A DNA stretch of 64,000 bases from Vulcanimicrobiota bacterium (GTDB lineage Bacteria > Vulcanimicrobiota > Xenobia > Xenobiales > JADMJV01), in NCBI GenBank assembly GCA_050250895.1, contig JBFWNU010000006.1, positions 55,513 through 119,512 of the forward strand. Direction: 5' to 3'. The position numbers were made by a program, and so were the translations under genes. Every line of letters begins with the position of its first letter. Within the stretch, counting starts at the first letter, position 1. Under the pieces are notes generated by a model. That model saw only the letters and a program-made list of their open reading frames with translations. It made no database searches and had not been told where the DNA came from. Shown here in pieces: positions 29,141-38,111 of this stretch.

Positions 29141-30114
29141 CTGCCGGCGATGGCTTCGAGGTGTTGTTCGAGGGCGCGTAGCACGCCCAGGGATGAGTCT
29201 TCGCCGGCGGGACGCACGATGGCGTTCTTGAGCTTCGAGCCGGCCTCGTGCAACTGAGGGTTCGAGCCGACCACGATGGCTCGGCGGCCGTCGTCGCTGC
29301 CGTCGGGAGCTTGCATCATGGCCAGGTCGTTGCCTCCGTCACCGGCGATGATGAGGTGGTCGCGCTCGACCCCGCGGGCGGCCCTGAGAAAGTCCACCGC
29401 CGTGCCTTTGTTGGCCACCGGACTGGCGGCGTCGAACATCACGATGGGTTGTCCGTGGAACGGGTAGGCGGAAGAGAGGTCGAATTCGATGCCGTCCTGG
29501 CGCAGGCGCTCGCCCAGCGCCTCCTGGAACTCTTTGATCTGCGTCGGCACGCCGAAGGTCTCTTCGTCGAAGATGTCAGCTACGCCGTTGTGATTGTCGT
29601 CGCGGCTTTCTGCGGCGGTCAGTTTGACGCTGGCCTGATCGAAGCAGAAGCTGGCGATGAAGGGGCAATCGTCGGCGGCGCTGTTGTGGACCACTTCTCC
29701 GACGGTGTGAAACTTCAGGTTGGCAAAACGCGGCAGCGTCAGCAGTTGGCGACACTCAGCCGCCACCTTGTCCGAGCGAAAGCCGCTCTGGGCGTTGAGA
29801 TCTTCCCAGGTGCTGTTCTGGTTGTTGCGGTGGTAGTCGCCGTCGAGACCGACCTGGCCTGGGCGACCTTCGTGGATGAAACCGCCGTTGAAGGTGATGG
29901 TCCAGTCCTGGCGGGGGAGATTCTCTTGCTCGACGCGCACCGGCGGGCGGGCGGTCACGTAGCCGAACTCGAGTTCGAGGCCGCGTTTTTGATAGGTATC
30001 TTTAAGTTTCTGCACGCCCTCGTCAAGAGCCCGGCGATTCTCCGGGTTCTTCGACAACCAGGTGCCGTCCAGGTCGCTTAGAAAAAGTACACGTTGAGGT
30101 AAGGCTTTCAGCAT
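29137..30114 (-). CDS. HAD-superfamily (Cof/sucrose-phosphatase-like) hydrolase
   Basis: FLSDLDGT, YVTAR, NKG, AGDGGND. Confidence 0.82.
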   Translation of the reverse strand: MLKALPQRVLFLSDLDGTWLSKNPENRRALDEGVQKLKDTYQKRGLELEFGYVTARPPVRVEQENLPRQDWTITFNGGFIHEGRPGQVGLDGDYHRNNQNSTWEDLNAQSGFRSDKVAAECRQLLTLPRFANLKFHTVGEVVHNSAADDCPFIASFCFDQASVKLTAAESRDDNHNGVADIFDEETFGVPTQIKEFQEALGERLRQDGIEFDLSSAYPFHGQPIVMFDAASPVANKGTAVDFLRAARGVERDHLIIAGDGGNDLAMMQAPDGSDDGRRAIVVGSNPQLHEAGSKLKNAIVRPAGEDSSLGVLRALEQHLEAIAGS

Positions 30115-30208
30115 CGAGAACTCTCCGCACTGAAGGTATGTCAGACACCTACGGCTGGATGTTTCAACCGTGTTGCCGTCTCAACAGTATGGCCCGATGG
30201 AGCTGCGC

Positions 30209-31816
30209 TCAGGTTGGATCGGGGGTCTCTGCGGGGCTGGTGGCGTCATCGGTTGTAAACGTCGCGCCAATCTCGTCTTCTTTCCACTCGTCGAAATGGG
30301 CCTCGCCGGGCCTGGCGCCGCTGAGGTCAAAACCTATCAATAGAAGCGCCATGATCAAATAACCCCCGGCAATGGGGCTGGGGTTGTAGCCCACGTGAGG
30401 GGCATGCAGGATGCCGATCAGGGTGAGCAGGGCGGCTCCCAGGCAGAAGCCGGCCGATTGGCGGGTATGGCCGTCGATCAAGAAGGCCACGATGGCGCCC
30501 CACAGCAAGCCGCTCACGATGGCTCCCTGGGCTAAGGCCGAGTGGCCAAGCCAGTGCACGCTTTGACCGTGCAGGCTCTCGATGAGTTCGGGAGTGACTT
30601 GCTGTCCGGTCACCTGAAAGGCCACCCCCATCTTGGTCACCAGCAGATTGCCGATGTGAGGGATGAGGGCGATGGCCACGGCCACGGCGTGGCGGGCCGG
30701 ACTGTGAGTAAAGGCCTGGCCCACGATCACGATGCCTACGAAGACCAGCAGAGGGTCCACGGCGGCGGTGGGGATGAGCTTGTAGAGAAAAGCATGAAAA
30801 CCGGTGATGGCCACCACGAAGATGACGAGGCCGACGCCCAGCGCATAGCCGGCCCGCGAGCCCAGCTTCTTGTAGGCGGGGTGACCGATGTAGACGGTGG
30901 TGGGAAAGGCGCTGCCGAAGATGGCGCCCAACATGGTGCCGGCCCCGTCGGCCAGTTGGCACGTGCGCACATCGTAGGCATCGCCGGCGGCCTCGGCCGA
31001 CTCCACATTGTTCATGGTCTCGATGAAGTTGTAGATCTCGATGGGAAGGACCACGGCCAGGATCTCCGGATGTTGACCCAGGATGGAGAAGCCGGCGAAG
31101 AGGTCGCCCAACACCGGCACGGGGATGTGCAGAGAGGGTTGCCAGCTGGTCACCTCGGCAGTGCCGTTGAAAAGGCCGATGGCTGTGCCCAGCGCGATGG
31201 CCATCAGGCCGGCCGGCAAGCCGAGCGGCAGCCGCATGCCGGCGATGAGGCCGGCTAGCACGATGGTCAAAGCCGGAAAGCCCACCATGGGGTTCTCGAA
31301 GATCGAAGCCAGGGGCACCGCCGCGATGTAGACCAGAGCGATGCCAGCCAGAGTGCCCAGCATGCCGGCTCGGGGGGTGACCCGCTTGAGGGTGGGTCCC
31401 AGCACGCTGCCCAGGGCCTCGACCACCCCACCCACGAAGGCGGCCGCGATGCCGGCTTGCCAGGCAGTCAGAGCGGCCGTCTCGGGGTCGGCGTCCTTAA
31501 GGCCGAAATAGATGGGAGCTAGAATGCCGAAGAGATAGACGAACAGGACCGGGGTCGAGATGCCGTAGGGCAGGGCGGTGACGTCGTCGCGACCCTCTTT
31601 CTGGGCCAGCTTTACCGCTTGCCAGGCGTAGAAACCCAGGCCGCTCAAGAGGGCCACTCCCAGCCCGGGCAAGATCTTGCCGAAGACGATCGAGTCGGGC
31701 ATGGCCAGCACGCCCTTGCAGATGCCGGCGGCGATGACCAGGTTGGCCAGGTTGTCGGCCAAAAGCGCCCAGAAGCCATTCCAGTCTTCCGAGCGAAAGA
31801 GACGGTAGGGTTGCAT
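30209..31816 (-). CDS. NCS2/AzgA-like xanthine-uracil permease family transporter
   Basis: Polytopic; DVTALPYGISTP, ETMNNVESA, PTTVYIGHP; ATG at 31816 (GTG at 31831 is an alternative). Confidence 0.82.
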   Translation of the reverse strand: MQPYRLFRSEDWNGFWALLADNLANLVIAAGICKGVLAMPDSIVFGKILPGLGVALLSGLGFYAWQAVKLAQKEGRDDVTALPYGISTPVLFVYLFGILAPIYFGLKDADPETAALTAWQAGIAAAFVGGVVEALGSVLGPTLKRVTPRAGMLGTLAGIALVYIAAVPLASIFENPMVGFPALTIVLAGLIAGMRLPLGLPAGLMAIALGTAIGLFNGTAEVTSWQPSLHIPVPVLGDLFAGFSILGQHPEILAVVLPIEIYNFIETMNNVESAEAAGDAYDVRTCQLADGAGTMLGAIFGSAFPTTVYIGHPAYKKLGSRAGYALGVGLVIFVVAITGFHAFLYKLIPTAAVDPLLVFVGIVIVGQAFTHSPARHAVAVAIALIPHIGNLLVTKMGVAFQVTGQQVTPELIESLHGQSVHWLGHSALAQGAIVSGLLWGAIVAFLIDGHTRQSAGFCLGAALLTLIGILHAPHVGYNPSPIAGGYLIMALLLIGFDLSGARPGEAHFDEWKEDEIGATFTTDDATSPAETPDPT

Positions 31817-31956
31817 TGAATGCGCTTCCACATGGCGACGGGCTCGTCCTGGGTGTTCGATATCGACCGTTGCGGGCTCTGCGGCCGGCTGCTAAGATGG
31901 GCTCAACCGGGTTCTTTCGCCTGGCAGGATGCCGGGAAACATGAAGGGTGCAACCG

Positions 31957-32400
31957 ATGAAGGAAGGATACCACCACCTAAGACGCGAGATGCAGGCAAA
32001 CTTTGAACTCACCTGGGCAGGCCAGGCGGATTCGAACAAGCGCATCCGCGAAATTTCAGCTCGGCTGGATGAGCAGGCGGGCAGAATCGAAATCCAGGCC
32101 CACAAGATCGAAGAGCACGGCCAAAACATCGCCCGTCAGGGAGAAGAGATCGCCCGGCAAGGCCAGGAGATCGCATGGCAAGGCCAGCAGATCGGGGAGG
32201 GCTTGCGAGAGACCGCCCGTTTAGGCAGAGAAGTGGCCTCGCTGGGAGACCAGATGGTCGGACGCCTGCGCTTGATGAGCGACCGGTTTGGGACGTTCTT
32301 GGACGTGCTCGAGGGTGAAGCCACCGAGCAGAGTTCCAGGATTGACGATCTGGATGTGCGGGTGACCAGGTTGGAAGAGCGCCAGGGACCGGCGGCCTAG
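31957..32400 (+). CDS. Coiled-coil protein with heptad tandem repeats
   Basis: IEEHGQN-IARQGEE-IARQGQE-IAWQGQQ; C-terminal DLDVRVTRLE. Confidence 0.7.
   Translation: MKEGYHHLRREMQANFELTWAGQADSNKRIREISARLDEQAGRIEIQAHKIEEHGQNIARQGEEIARQGQEIAWQGQQIGEGLRETARLGREVASLGDQMVGRLRLMSDRFGTFLDVLEGEATEQSSRIDDLDVRVTRLEERQGPAA
32128..32193 (+). repeat. In-frame 21-bp tandem repeat (3 copies)
   Basis: atcgcccgtcagggagaagag / atcgcccggcaaggccaggag / atcgcatggcaaggccagcag. Confidence 0.75.
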
Positions 32401-32418
32401 GGCCCGAACGGCGGCGCA

Positions 32419-34452
32419 GTGGAGCTGCGCCGCCAACTCAATCGCACCTGGTATGCCTTTCTGGCTCACCACCCTCACCCCCGGCCGATTCAGGTCCGGG
32501 CGGCCACCCCGATTCTGGCAGGGCGCTCGGTGTTGCTGGCTTCAGCCACCGCCTCGGGCAAGACCGAGGCCTACGCGGCTCCGCTGGTCGAGCGCTGGTT
32601 CGAGCGCTGTGTTAAGGGCGAGCCCAAGGTTCTCATCGTAGGCCCCACCCGGGCCCTGGTCAACGACCTGGCCCGCCGCCTGGAGGGCCCGCTAAGACGG
32701 TGTGGCATCGGCCTGACCCGCCGCACTGGCGATCATCCCAACGACCTGACGGCCGAGCAGGCGGGCGTGATCGTGACCACCCCCGAGTCGCTCGACTCGG
32801 TGCTTTCGCGCCATCCTCGCTGGCTGGGTGCCACCGGCTCGGTGGTGCTCGACGAGCTGCACGTGTTGCAAGGCACCCCCCGAGGCGATCAGGTCTTGTG
32901 TTTGCTCGAGCGTCTCGAGCGGGTGGTCGTGGCTCTGGGGGGGCAGCCGCCCCAACGCCTGGCCGCCACGGCTACGGCGGCTAACCCTGATGAGGTGGCG
33001 GCCCGCTACCTGGGGGCCGGGTCGGTGGTCCTGGTGGAAGAGTCGCAGCGCGATTTCGACCTGCATCTAGCCGATTGCACCAGCCCGGCCGAGATGCTGC
33101 ACAATCTGGCCGAACGCTGCCGCGCTCTGGGTGCACGCAAGGTGCTCTGCTTTATGCCCTCACGCCAGGAGGCCGAGATCTATGGCGCCCAACTGCTCGG
33201 TCGACCGCCCTTTCAGACGCGCGTGTTCGTCCACCACGGCAGCCTCTCGCGCCAGGAGCGCGAGCGGGTCGAGAAGGCCTTTTTGAAAGCTCCTTCGGCC
33301 TTATGCCTGGCCACCAATACCCTCGAGCTCGGCATCGACATCGGTGACGTGGATATGGTGGCTCTCTTCGGAGCCCCGCCCGAAGTGAGCAGCTTTCTGC
33401 AGCGGATCGGACGCGGCAATCGCCGCGGGGGGCGCGGTCAGGTGCTGGGTCTGTGTCGCCACGCGGGCGAGCGCCAACGCATGGCCCATCTGGGCGAGTG
33501 CGCGGCCGAGGGGCGTTTGTATATCGATCCAGACCGACCCTTTCGGTCGGTGGCGGTGCAACAAGCCTTTTCGCTGCTGTTTCAAAACCCGCGTCGCCAG
33601 ATCGCCCTGGCCCCGCTGGCCGACCGTCTGCCGGCCTGGCTCGAACTCGATTCTGAAGTCCTCGAGCGCATCCTCGACCGGCTGGTGGAGCGCGAGTGGC
33701 TGGTGTCCAGCGGCCACGGCTATCAGCCCACGGCCAAGCTCGAGCGCGAGTATGAGCGGGCGCGGCTGCATCAGAACTTCACCTCGACTCGCGCGACCAG
33801 TGATGAGGTCGAAGTGGTGGATGGTTCGGGGCGAGTGCTGGGCAAGGTGCAGCGAGGCTCGCAAGGCTTGCCGGAGTCGATCGTGCTGGGCGGCAGAAGC
33901 CGGCGGCTGGGGGCCGACCGGGGCCGGCAGGTGGTGGCTTCGGGCAGCGGCGAGGGGGGCAAGGCCATCTTCGTGAGCCGGGGTACGGCCCGCATCCCGG
34001 CTGGCCTGGCCGAGGATTTTCGTCGTTTTCTGGGCTACCGCCCGGACCAGGTACCGGTAGCGGCCCAGGGATCGCGGGTGATCCTGGGTCACTTTCTGGG
34101 CTCGGTGCGAGGGGCGGTGCTGCGCGACCTGGTAGCTCGTCAGACCAAGCTCAAGGTGGGCCTCAGCCCTTTCTTGCTGTGGGCAGACTTTCAGGAACTG
34201 CCCGACTTCTCGGCCAGCGCCGAGGAACTCGAGCAGTTGTTGGCCACCCGCCCTACCAAGCTGGTCGACTCGCTCAACCTGGGACCCTGGACCCGCGAGC
34301 TGCCTCGGGAGCTGATGGTCGAGGAGCTGCGCCGTCATCTCGAGCCCGAGCAACTGGCCGAACGCTTGAGAAGACTCGAGCCCGTCAAAGCCGAACCAGA
34401 GATGGCCGAGGTCTTGCGCAGTCTCGCCCCGGCCCTGGAAGAAGGGGAGTAG
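32419..34452 (+). CDS. Lhr-like SF2 DEAD/DEAH-box helicase
   Basis: ATASGKT, PTRALVND, TTPES, DELH, HHGSL, TLELGIDIG, QRIGRG. Confidence 0.88.
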   Translation: MELRRQLNRTWYAFLAHHPHPRPIQVRAATPILAGRSVLLASATASGKTEAYAAPLVERWFERCVKGEPKVLIVGPTRALVNDLARRLEGPLRRCGIGLTRRTGDHPNDLTAEQAGVIVTTPESLDSVLSRHPRWLGATGSVVLDELHVLQGTPRGDQVLCLLERLERVVVALGGQPPQRLAATATAANPDEVAARYLGAGSVVLVEESQRDFDLHLADCTSPAEMLHNLAERCRALGARKVLCFMPSRQEAEIYGAQLLGRPPFQTRVFVHHGSLSRQERERVEKAFLKAPSALCLATNTLELGIDIGDVDMVALFGAPPEVSSFLQRIGRGNRRGGRGQVLGLCRHAGERQRMAHLGECAAEGRLYIDPDRPFRSVAVQQAFSLLFQNPRRQIALAPLADRLPAWLELDSEVLERILDRLVEREWLVSSGHGYQPTAKLEREYERARLHQNFTSTRATSDEVEVVDGSGRVLGKVQRGSQGLPESIVLGGRSRRLGADRGRQVVASGSGEGGKAIFVSRGTARIPAGLAEDFRRFLGYRPDQVPVAAQGSRVILGHFLGSVRGAVLRDLVARQTKLKVGLSPFLLWADFQELPDFSASAEELEQLLATRPTKLVDSLNLGPWTRELPRELMVEELRRHLEPEQLAERLRRLEPVKAEPEMAEVLRSLAPALEEGE

Positions 34453-35430
34453 ATGCTAGAGAATATCCAGTTCAAATACCGCTACGTCGAGAACGGAAAC
34501 GTCAAAGGCTTTTTCACCAGCAAGAAGGGGTGTGTCGAGCAAACCGCCCTGATTCTTGATGGTCACAGTCTCGCCTATCAGCACGTCCACGACACCACCA
34601 GCCGCGACAACCGACTGGTCCTGGCTGTGGACGGGTCCGGTCTGCCCGGCCCCCTGCTCAACGAGATGCACGACGGATTCATCGTGCTCGAGGTGTACAA
34701 GCCCGGTGCCGAAAAGCTCGAGAAGGCCATCGACCGCTACGCTTCGGCCCATGAGGCCATGGCCAACCAGAAACGGCTCGAGGCCGAGGGTCGCGGCCAC
34801 GAGTTTCGGACCCAGCAATGCCCCAGCTGCCAGGCTACCGTCGACCTGTCCGAACTCGAGAGCGGGCGGTTCGTCTATTGTCGCTTTTGCGACTCGATCT
34901 TCGGCCAGGCGCTGGAGAGTCTATCGGCCAAGAATAGCTATCGCGAGTGCGATGAGTGCGGCATGTTCGATCGCGTGCAGGGCCATACCGAATTCTACTT
35001 CTACTTTCTGCTGGTCATCTATGGCTTTAGCCACCGCCGGCGACACCTGTGCGATTCGTGTGCCAGTTCGCTTTTCTGGAAGGTGCTGATGTGGAATCTG
35101 CCCTTCGTGTTGGGGGTTCCGCCGGCGATTTATCTCAAGGTCAAGGCCTCGACCGGCAAAGACGCCGATCTGGCCGATCTGGCGCGAGCCAACGAGTTCG
35201 CTCGTAAGGCCCGGGTGCAAGAGGCTAAAGAACTCTACCAACGGTTGCTGGGACGCTTCCCTGACCACCCGGGTTTGCTGATGAATGTGGGCTTGGCTCA
35301 CTTCTTTGCCGAGCAGGCCGAGCCCGGGGTGGAGGGATTGCTAGCCTCGGTCAAGGCTTGTCCAAACTATTTGCCGGCTCTGCGCCACCTTCGCCGCTTC
35401 CACGCGGCGGTGACCGGCCCGGCTGAATGA
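34453..35430 (+). CDS. Hypothetical protein with CxxC zinc ribbons, hydrophobic segment and C-terminal TPR
   Basis: CPSC, CRFC, CDEC, CDSC; starts immediately after the helicase stop. Confidence 0.7.
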   Translation: MLENIQFKYRYVENGNVKGFFTSKKGCVEQTALILDGHSLAYQHVHDTTSRDNRLVLAVDGSGLPGPLLNEMHDGFIVLEVYKPGAEKLEKAIDRYASAHEAMANQKRLEAEGRGHEFRTQQCPSCQATVDLSELESGRFVYCRFCDSIFGQALESLSAKNSYRECDECGMFDRVQGHTEFYFYFLLVIYGFSHRRRHLCDSCASSLFWKVLMWNLPFVLGVPPAIYLKVKASTGKDADLADLARANEFARKARVQEAKELYQRLLGRFPDHPGLLMNVGLAHFFAEQAEPGVEGLLASVKACPNYLPALRHLRRFHAAVTGPAE

Positions 35431-35431
35431 A

Positions 35432-35480
35432 TTGTTACAATCTGTTTACAGACTTTTTACGGTCTTAACAATCTGTTAGA
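35432..35480 (+). promoter_or_regulatory. AT-rich 11-bp-phased direct repeats
   Basis: ttgttac 35432, tgtttac 35443, tttttac 35454, tcttaac 35463, tgttaga 35474; acaatctgtt occurs twice. Confidence 0.5.
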
Positions 35481-35623
35481 CGGATCGGCTTGCTGACGCG
35501 TAGAAGTCTTAAAGCAGAGCCGGAGAAGGTGCTCGGCGGGCCAAGAGGTTACAGACCCGGTCCTGCTGGTCAATAACACCCACGGCTGAAGTAGTGTGCG
35601 GCATTCCACTAGGAGAGTCCGCT

Positions 35624-36556
35624 ATGCAAGCCAAGGCCGCTGGGTCCGTCGTCCACAAGCAGGCCCAACCGCTCTACCTGGTAAGAGCCGGGGTGAAAGA
35701 ACAGGCCGAAAAGGCGCTGGCCGAACAGATCGGCCCCGAGCGCGCCCTTCAGGTAGGCCCCCTCGATACCTCCCGCATTTCCGACCAGGCCATTCAAGAG
35801 ATGGGCGAGGCTCAGGACCGGGGCATGCCGTTCAAGGACCGCGTCATCTCGGCCTTGCAAGAGATGTTCGACGAGAAGGTCAAGGAAAACCCCGAGGCCG
35901 GCAGCCAGGGCAAGCCTCAGCCCAAGACCGAGAAAACCATGGAGTTCACCCCCACCACCTATCGGGGCGAGGTGATGCCCGGTCGCGACGTGATCGGGCA
36001 CGCCGAGATCAAAGAGAAGAAGGTCGAAGAGCCCGGCGAGGCCAGGGCGGCGGCCGGGCCCAAAGCCAGGCAGACGGCCGCTCCAGCCGTGCCTCCCGCC
36101 ACCGACACCAAAGGGGGCAAGAAGAACGGCGGCGGCAAATCGGATGAACAGGAGAAAGACCGGGTAGAACTCAGCGCCGAAAGCGCTCAGATGGCAGCCC
36201 GCATGCGGAATTCGGGGGTAGAGGTTCCTCAGTCTTTAGAGTCGGACAAGGGCGGTACGCCCGAGGTCAAAGGCCCCGAGCAAGGGGGCGAGAAGACGGT
36301 CTTTTCGGGCGAGGTGCGGACCCGCGCCACCGGTTGGACCCAATCGGTCGACGTGCATCCCGGTGGTGAGGTTCAAAAGGGGCAGAGCCTGCGCACCTTC
36401 CAGAGACTCGACAATCTGCCCATGCTAGACCACGCCACCCTGCATCGAGGCGAGGGCAAGGCCAACGCCAAAGAGCAGGAGAAAGCCGCCCGGGAGGGGC
36501 GCGGTGGAGGCGACGCCACGACCGTCGAGGCGCTGCGGAATCCCGTGCCTAACTGA
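35624..36556 (+). CDS. Hydrophilic, largely disordered hypothetical protein
   Basis: AGGAG RBS; E/K/G/Q-rich; contains KDRVELSAES. Confidence 0.7.
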   Translation: MQAKAAGSVVHKQAQPLYLVRAGVKEQAEKALAEQIGPERALQVGPLDTSRISDQAIQEMGEAQDRGMPFKDRVISALQEMFDEKVKENPEAGSQGKPQPKTEKTMEFTPTTYRGEVMPGRDVIGHAEIKEKKVEEPGEARAAAGPKARQTAAPAVPPATDTKGGKKNGGGKSDEQEKDRVELSAESAQMAARMRNSGVEVPQSLESDKGGTPEVKGPEQGGEKTVFSGEVRTRATGWTQSVDVHPGGEVQKGQSLRTFQRLDNLPMLDHATLHRGEGKANAKEQEKAAREGRGGGDATTVEALRNPVPN

Positions 36557-36576
36557 ACTCCTCCAGCGTTAGATTG

Positions 36577-37632
36577 TCAAGATTTCGTGGGTAGCCAGAA
36601 CCAGAAGTTGGCTCCTCCGCCCGAGGCCCTTCGATAGCCGATTCTGCCTCCCCACGAGTCCACCGTAAGGCGGCAAAAATACAGCCCCAAGCCGATCTTG
36701 CCTCCGCCGGTCTTTCCTTTGGCAAGCTTTTGAAACAGCCGGCCAACCGCCTCTTCGGGCACCCCCGGCCCATCGTCGAGCACTTCGAGTTGCCACCCCT
36801 CACCGTCGCGGCTGAGCCTGACCGATACCCGGTGGCCTGGCTTGAGGTTGCGCAGGGCGTTCTCGAGCAGGTTGGAGAGCACTCGCTCGAGTTTAGAGTC
36901 TTCTCCCACCACCAGGACGGCTCCGTCGGGGGCCTCGAGCTGCAGGCCCACCCCGCCCTCTTCAAAGGCCGGACGCAATCCATCCACGACCCGTCGGGCC
37001 ACCCTCTGCATATCGGTAAGGCTGGCGGTCCCGGCCTGGGCCAGGGCCTGAATCTCGGCGGCGAAGACCTCGAGGATCTCGCGAATCATTTTCTCCTGGC
37101 GGTCGCATTGGCGCAGGCCGATCTCGAGCAGGCTCTTGACCTGGGCGGGCTTCAAGTCGCCGCGCGAGAGAATGTGGTAGGCGCCTTTGATGCTGGTCAG
37201 CGGGCCCGCCAGATCGTGGACGATGCTGTGCAACAAGAACTCCTTCTTGCGAATCTCCTTTTCCAGGGCTTCGTGGATCAGCGCGTGCTCGCGAGCCTTT
37301 TGCAAGACAGCCACCTGCTCGACATAGCGCTGCCCGAGGTTGCGCAAGACCAGGTGCCCCGGCTTGCCACCCACCGGATAGGCCTCGAGGGCCAGCACCG
37401 CCTCCCCCCGGTGTTCCTCCCAGGGACCCAACACCTGGGGCGGCTCAAGACCCTGCCAACAAGCCTCGAATTCGTCAAGCCCGCACTCTAGAAAGGGTAG
37501 CGAGTCCAGTTCCAGGGGTTCGAGCAGATGCAACCAATCGGGTTTTTCCACCAGAGGGGTGAGCCGGCCCGCCTCTAGCCGCAGGGGCACCGCGTCGAGC
37601 AGGGCCAGAGAGGCTTCCAGCAGCTGGCTCAA
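36577..37632 (-). CDS. Cytoplasmic sensor histidine kinase
   Basis: VHDLAGPL H-box, NLLENA, DDGPG, GLGL; TTG start overlaps the GTPase stop (TTGA). Confidence 0.88.
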   Translation of the reverse strand: MSQLLEASLALLDAVPLRLEAGRLTPLVEKPDWLHLLEPLELDSLPFLECGLDEFEACWQGLEPPQVLGPWEEHRGEAVLALEAYPVGGKPGHLVLRNLGQRYVEQVAVLQKAREHALIHEALEKEIRKKEFLLHSIVHDLAGPLTSIKGAYHILSRGDLKPAQVKSLLEIGLRQCDRQEKMIREILEVFAAEIQALAQAGTASLTDMQRVARRVVDGLRPAFEEGGVGLQLEAPDGAVLVVGEDSKLERVLSNLLENALRNLKPGHRVSVRLSRDGEGWQLEVLDDGPGVPEEAVGRLFQKLAKGKTGGGKIGLGLYFCRLTVDSWGGRIGYRRASGGGANFWFWLPTKS

Positions 37633-38111
37633 AGCATGGCCCTGGCCAGCGACAGAAACGCCTCGTCGACCCCTTCGCCCGTCTTGCAACTGGTGCGCAA
37701 GATCGGGCATTCCAGACCGTCGAGGCCTGGCTGCTCGAGTTCGTACTGATCTTCGAGGTCGACCTTGTTGACCAGCAACACGCAAGGTAGTTGGCCAAGC
37801 TCGCGCTTCACGGTCTGGCGCACCTCGAGAGCAACCGCCAGCGTGGCGGCCCGGGTCGAATCCACCACCAGCAGATACCCCGCCATGCCTTTGAGATAAG
37901 CGGTGGGGATGGCCGTGAAGTCGTCTTTCCCGGCCAGGTCCCAAAGCATCATCTTGAGCGAACTGCCGTCGACCTCCACCTCTTTCTTGTCGACCTTGAC
38001 ACCCACGGTGGTGTGGTATTTGTCCGAAAACATACTGGTCACGAACCGCGCCACCAGGCTCGTCTTGCCCACCGCGAAGGCGCCCAGCATGCAGACCTTC
38101 TTACTGATCAT
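37629..38111 (-). CDS. Rab/Ras-like small GTPase (prokaryotic Rup type)
   Basis: G1 GAFAVGKT, G2 YHTTVG, G3 WDLAG, G4 NKVD, G5 SCK; 160 aa; no C-terminal prenylation motif. Confidence 0.92.
   Translation of the reverse strand: MISKKVCMLGAFAVGKTSLVARFVTSMFSDKYHTTVGVKVDKKEVEVDGSSLKMMLWDLAGKDDFTAIPTAYLKGMAGYLLVVDSTRAATLAVALEVRQTVKRELGQLPCVLLVNKVDLEDQYELEQPGLDGLECPILRTSCKTGEGVDEAFLSLARAML

Noticed and set aside
37633-37944. N-terminal extension of the histidine kinase in the ORF track
   Set aside because: Overlaps the GTPase gene in another frame; TTG at 37632 gives normal stop-start coupling
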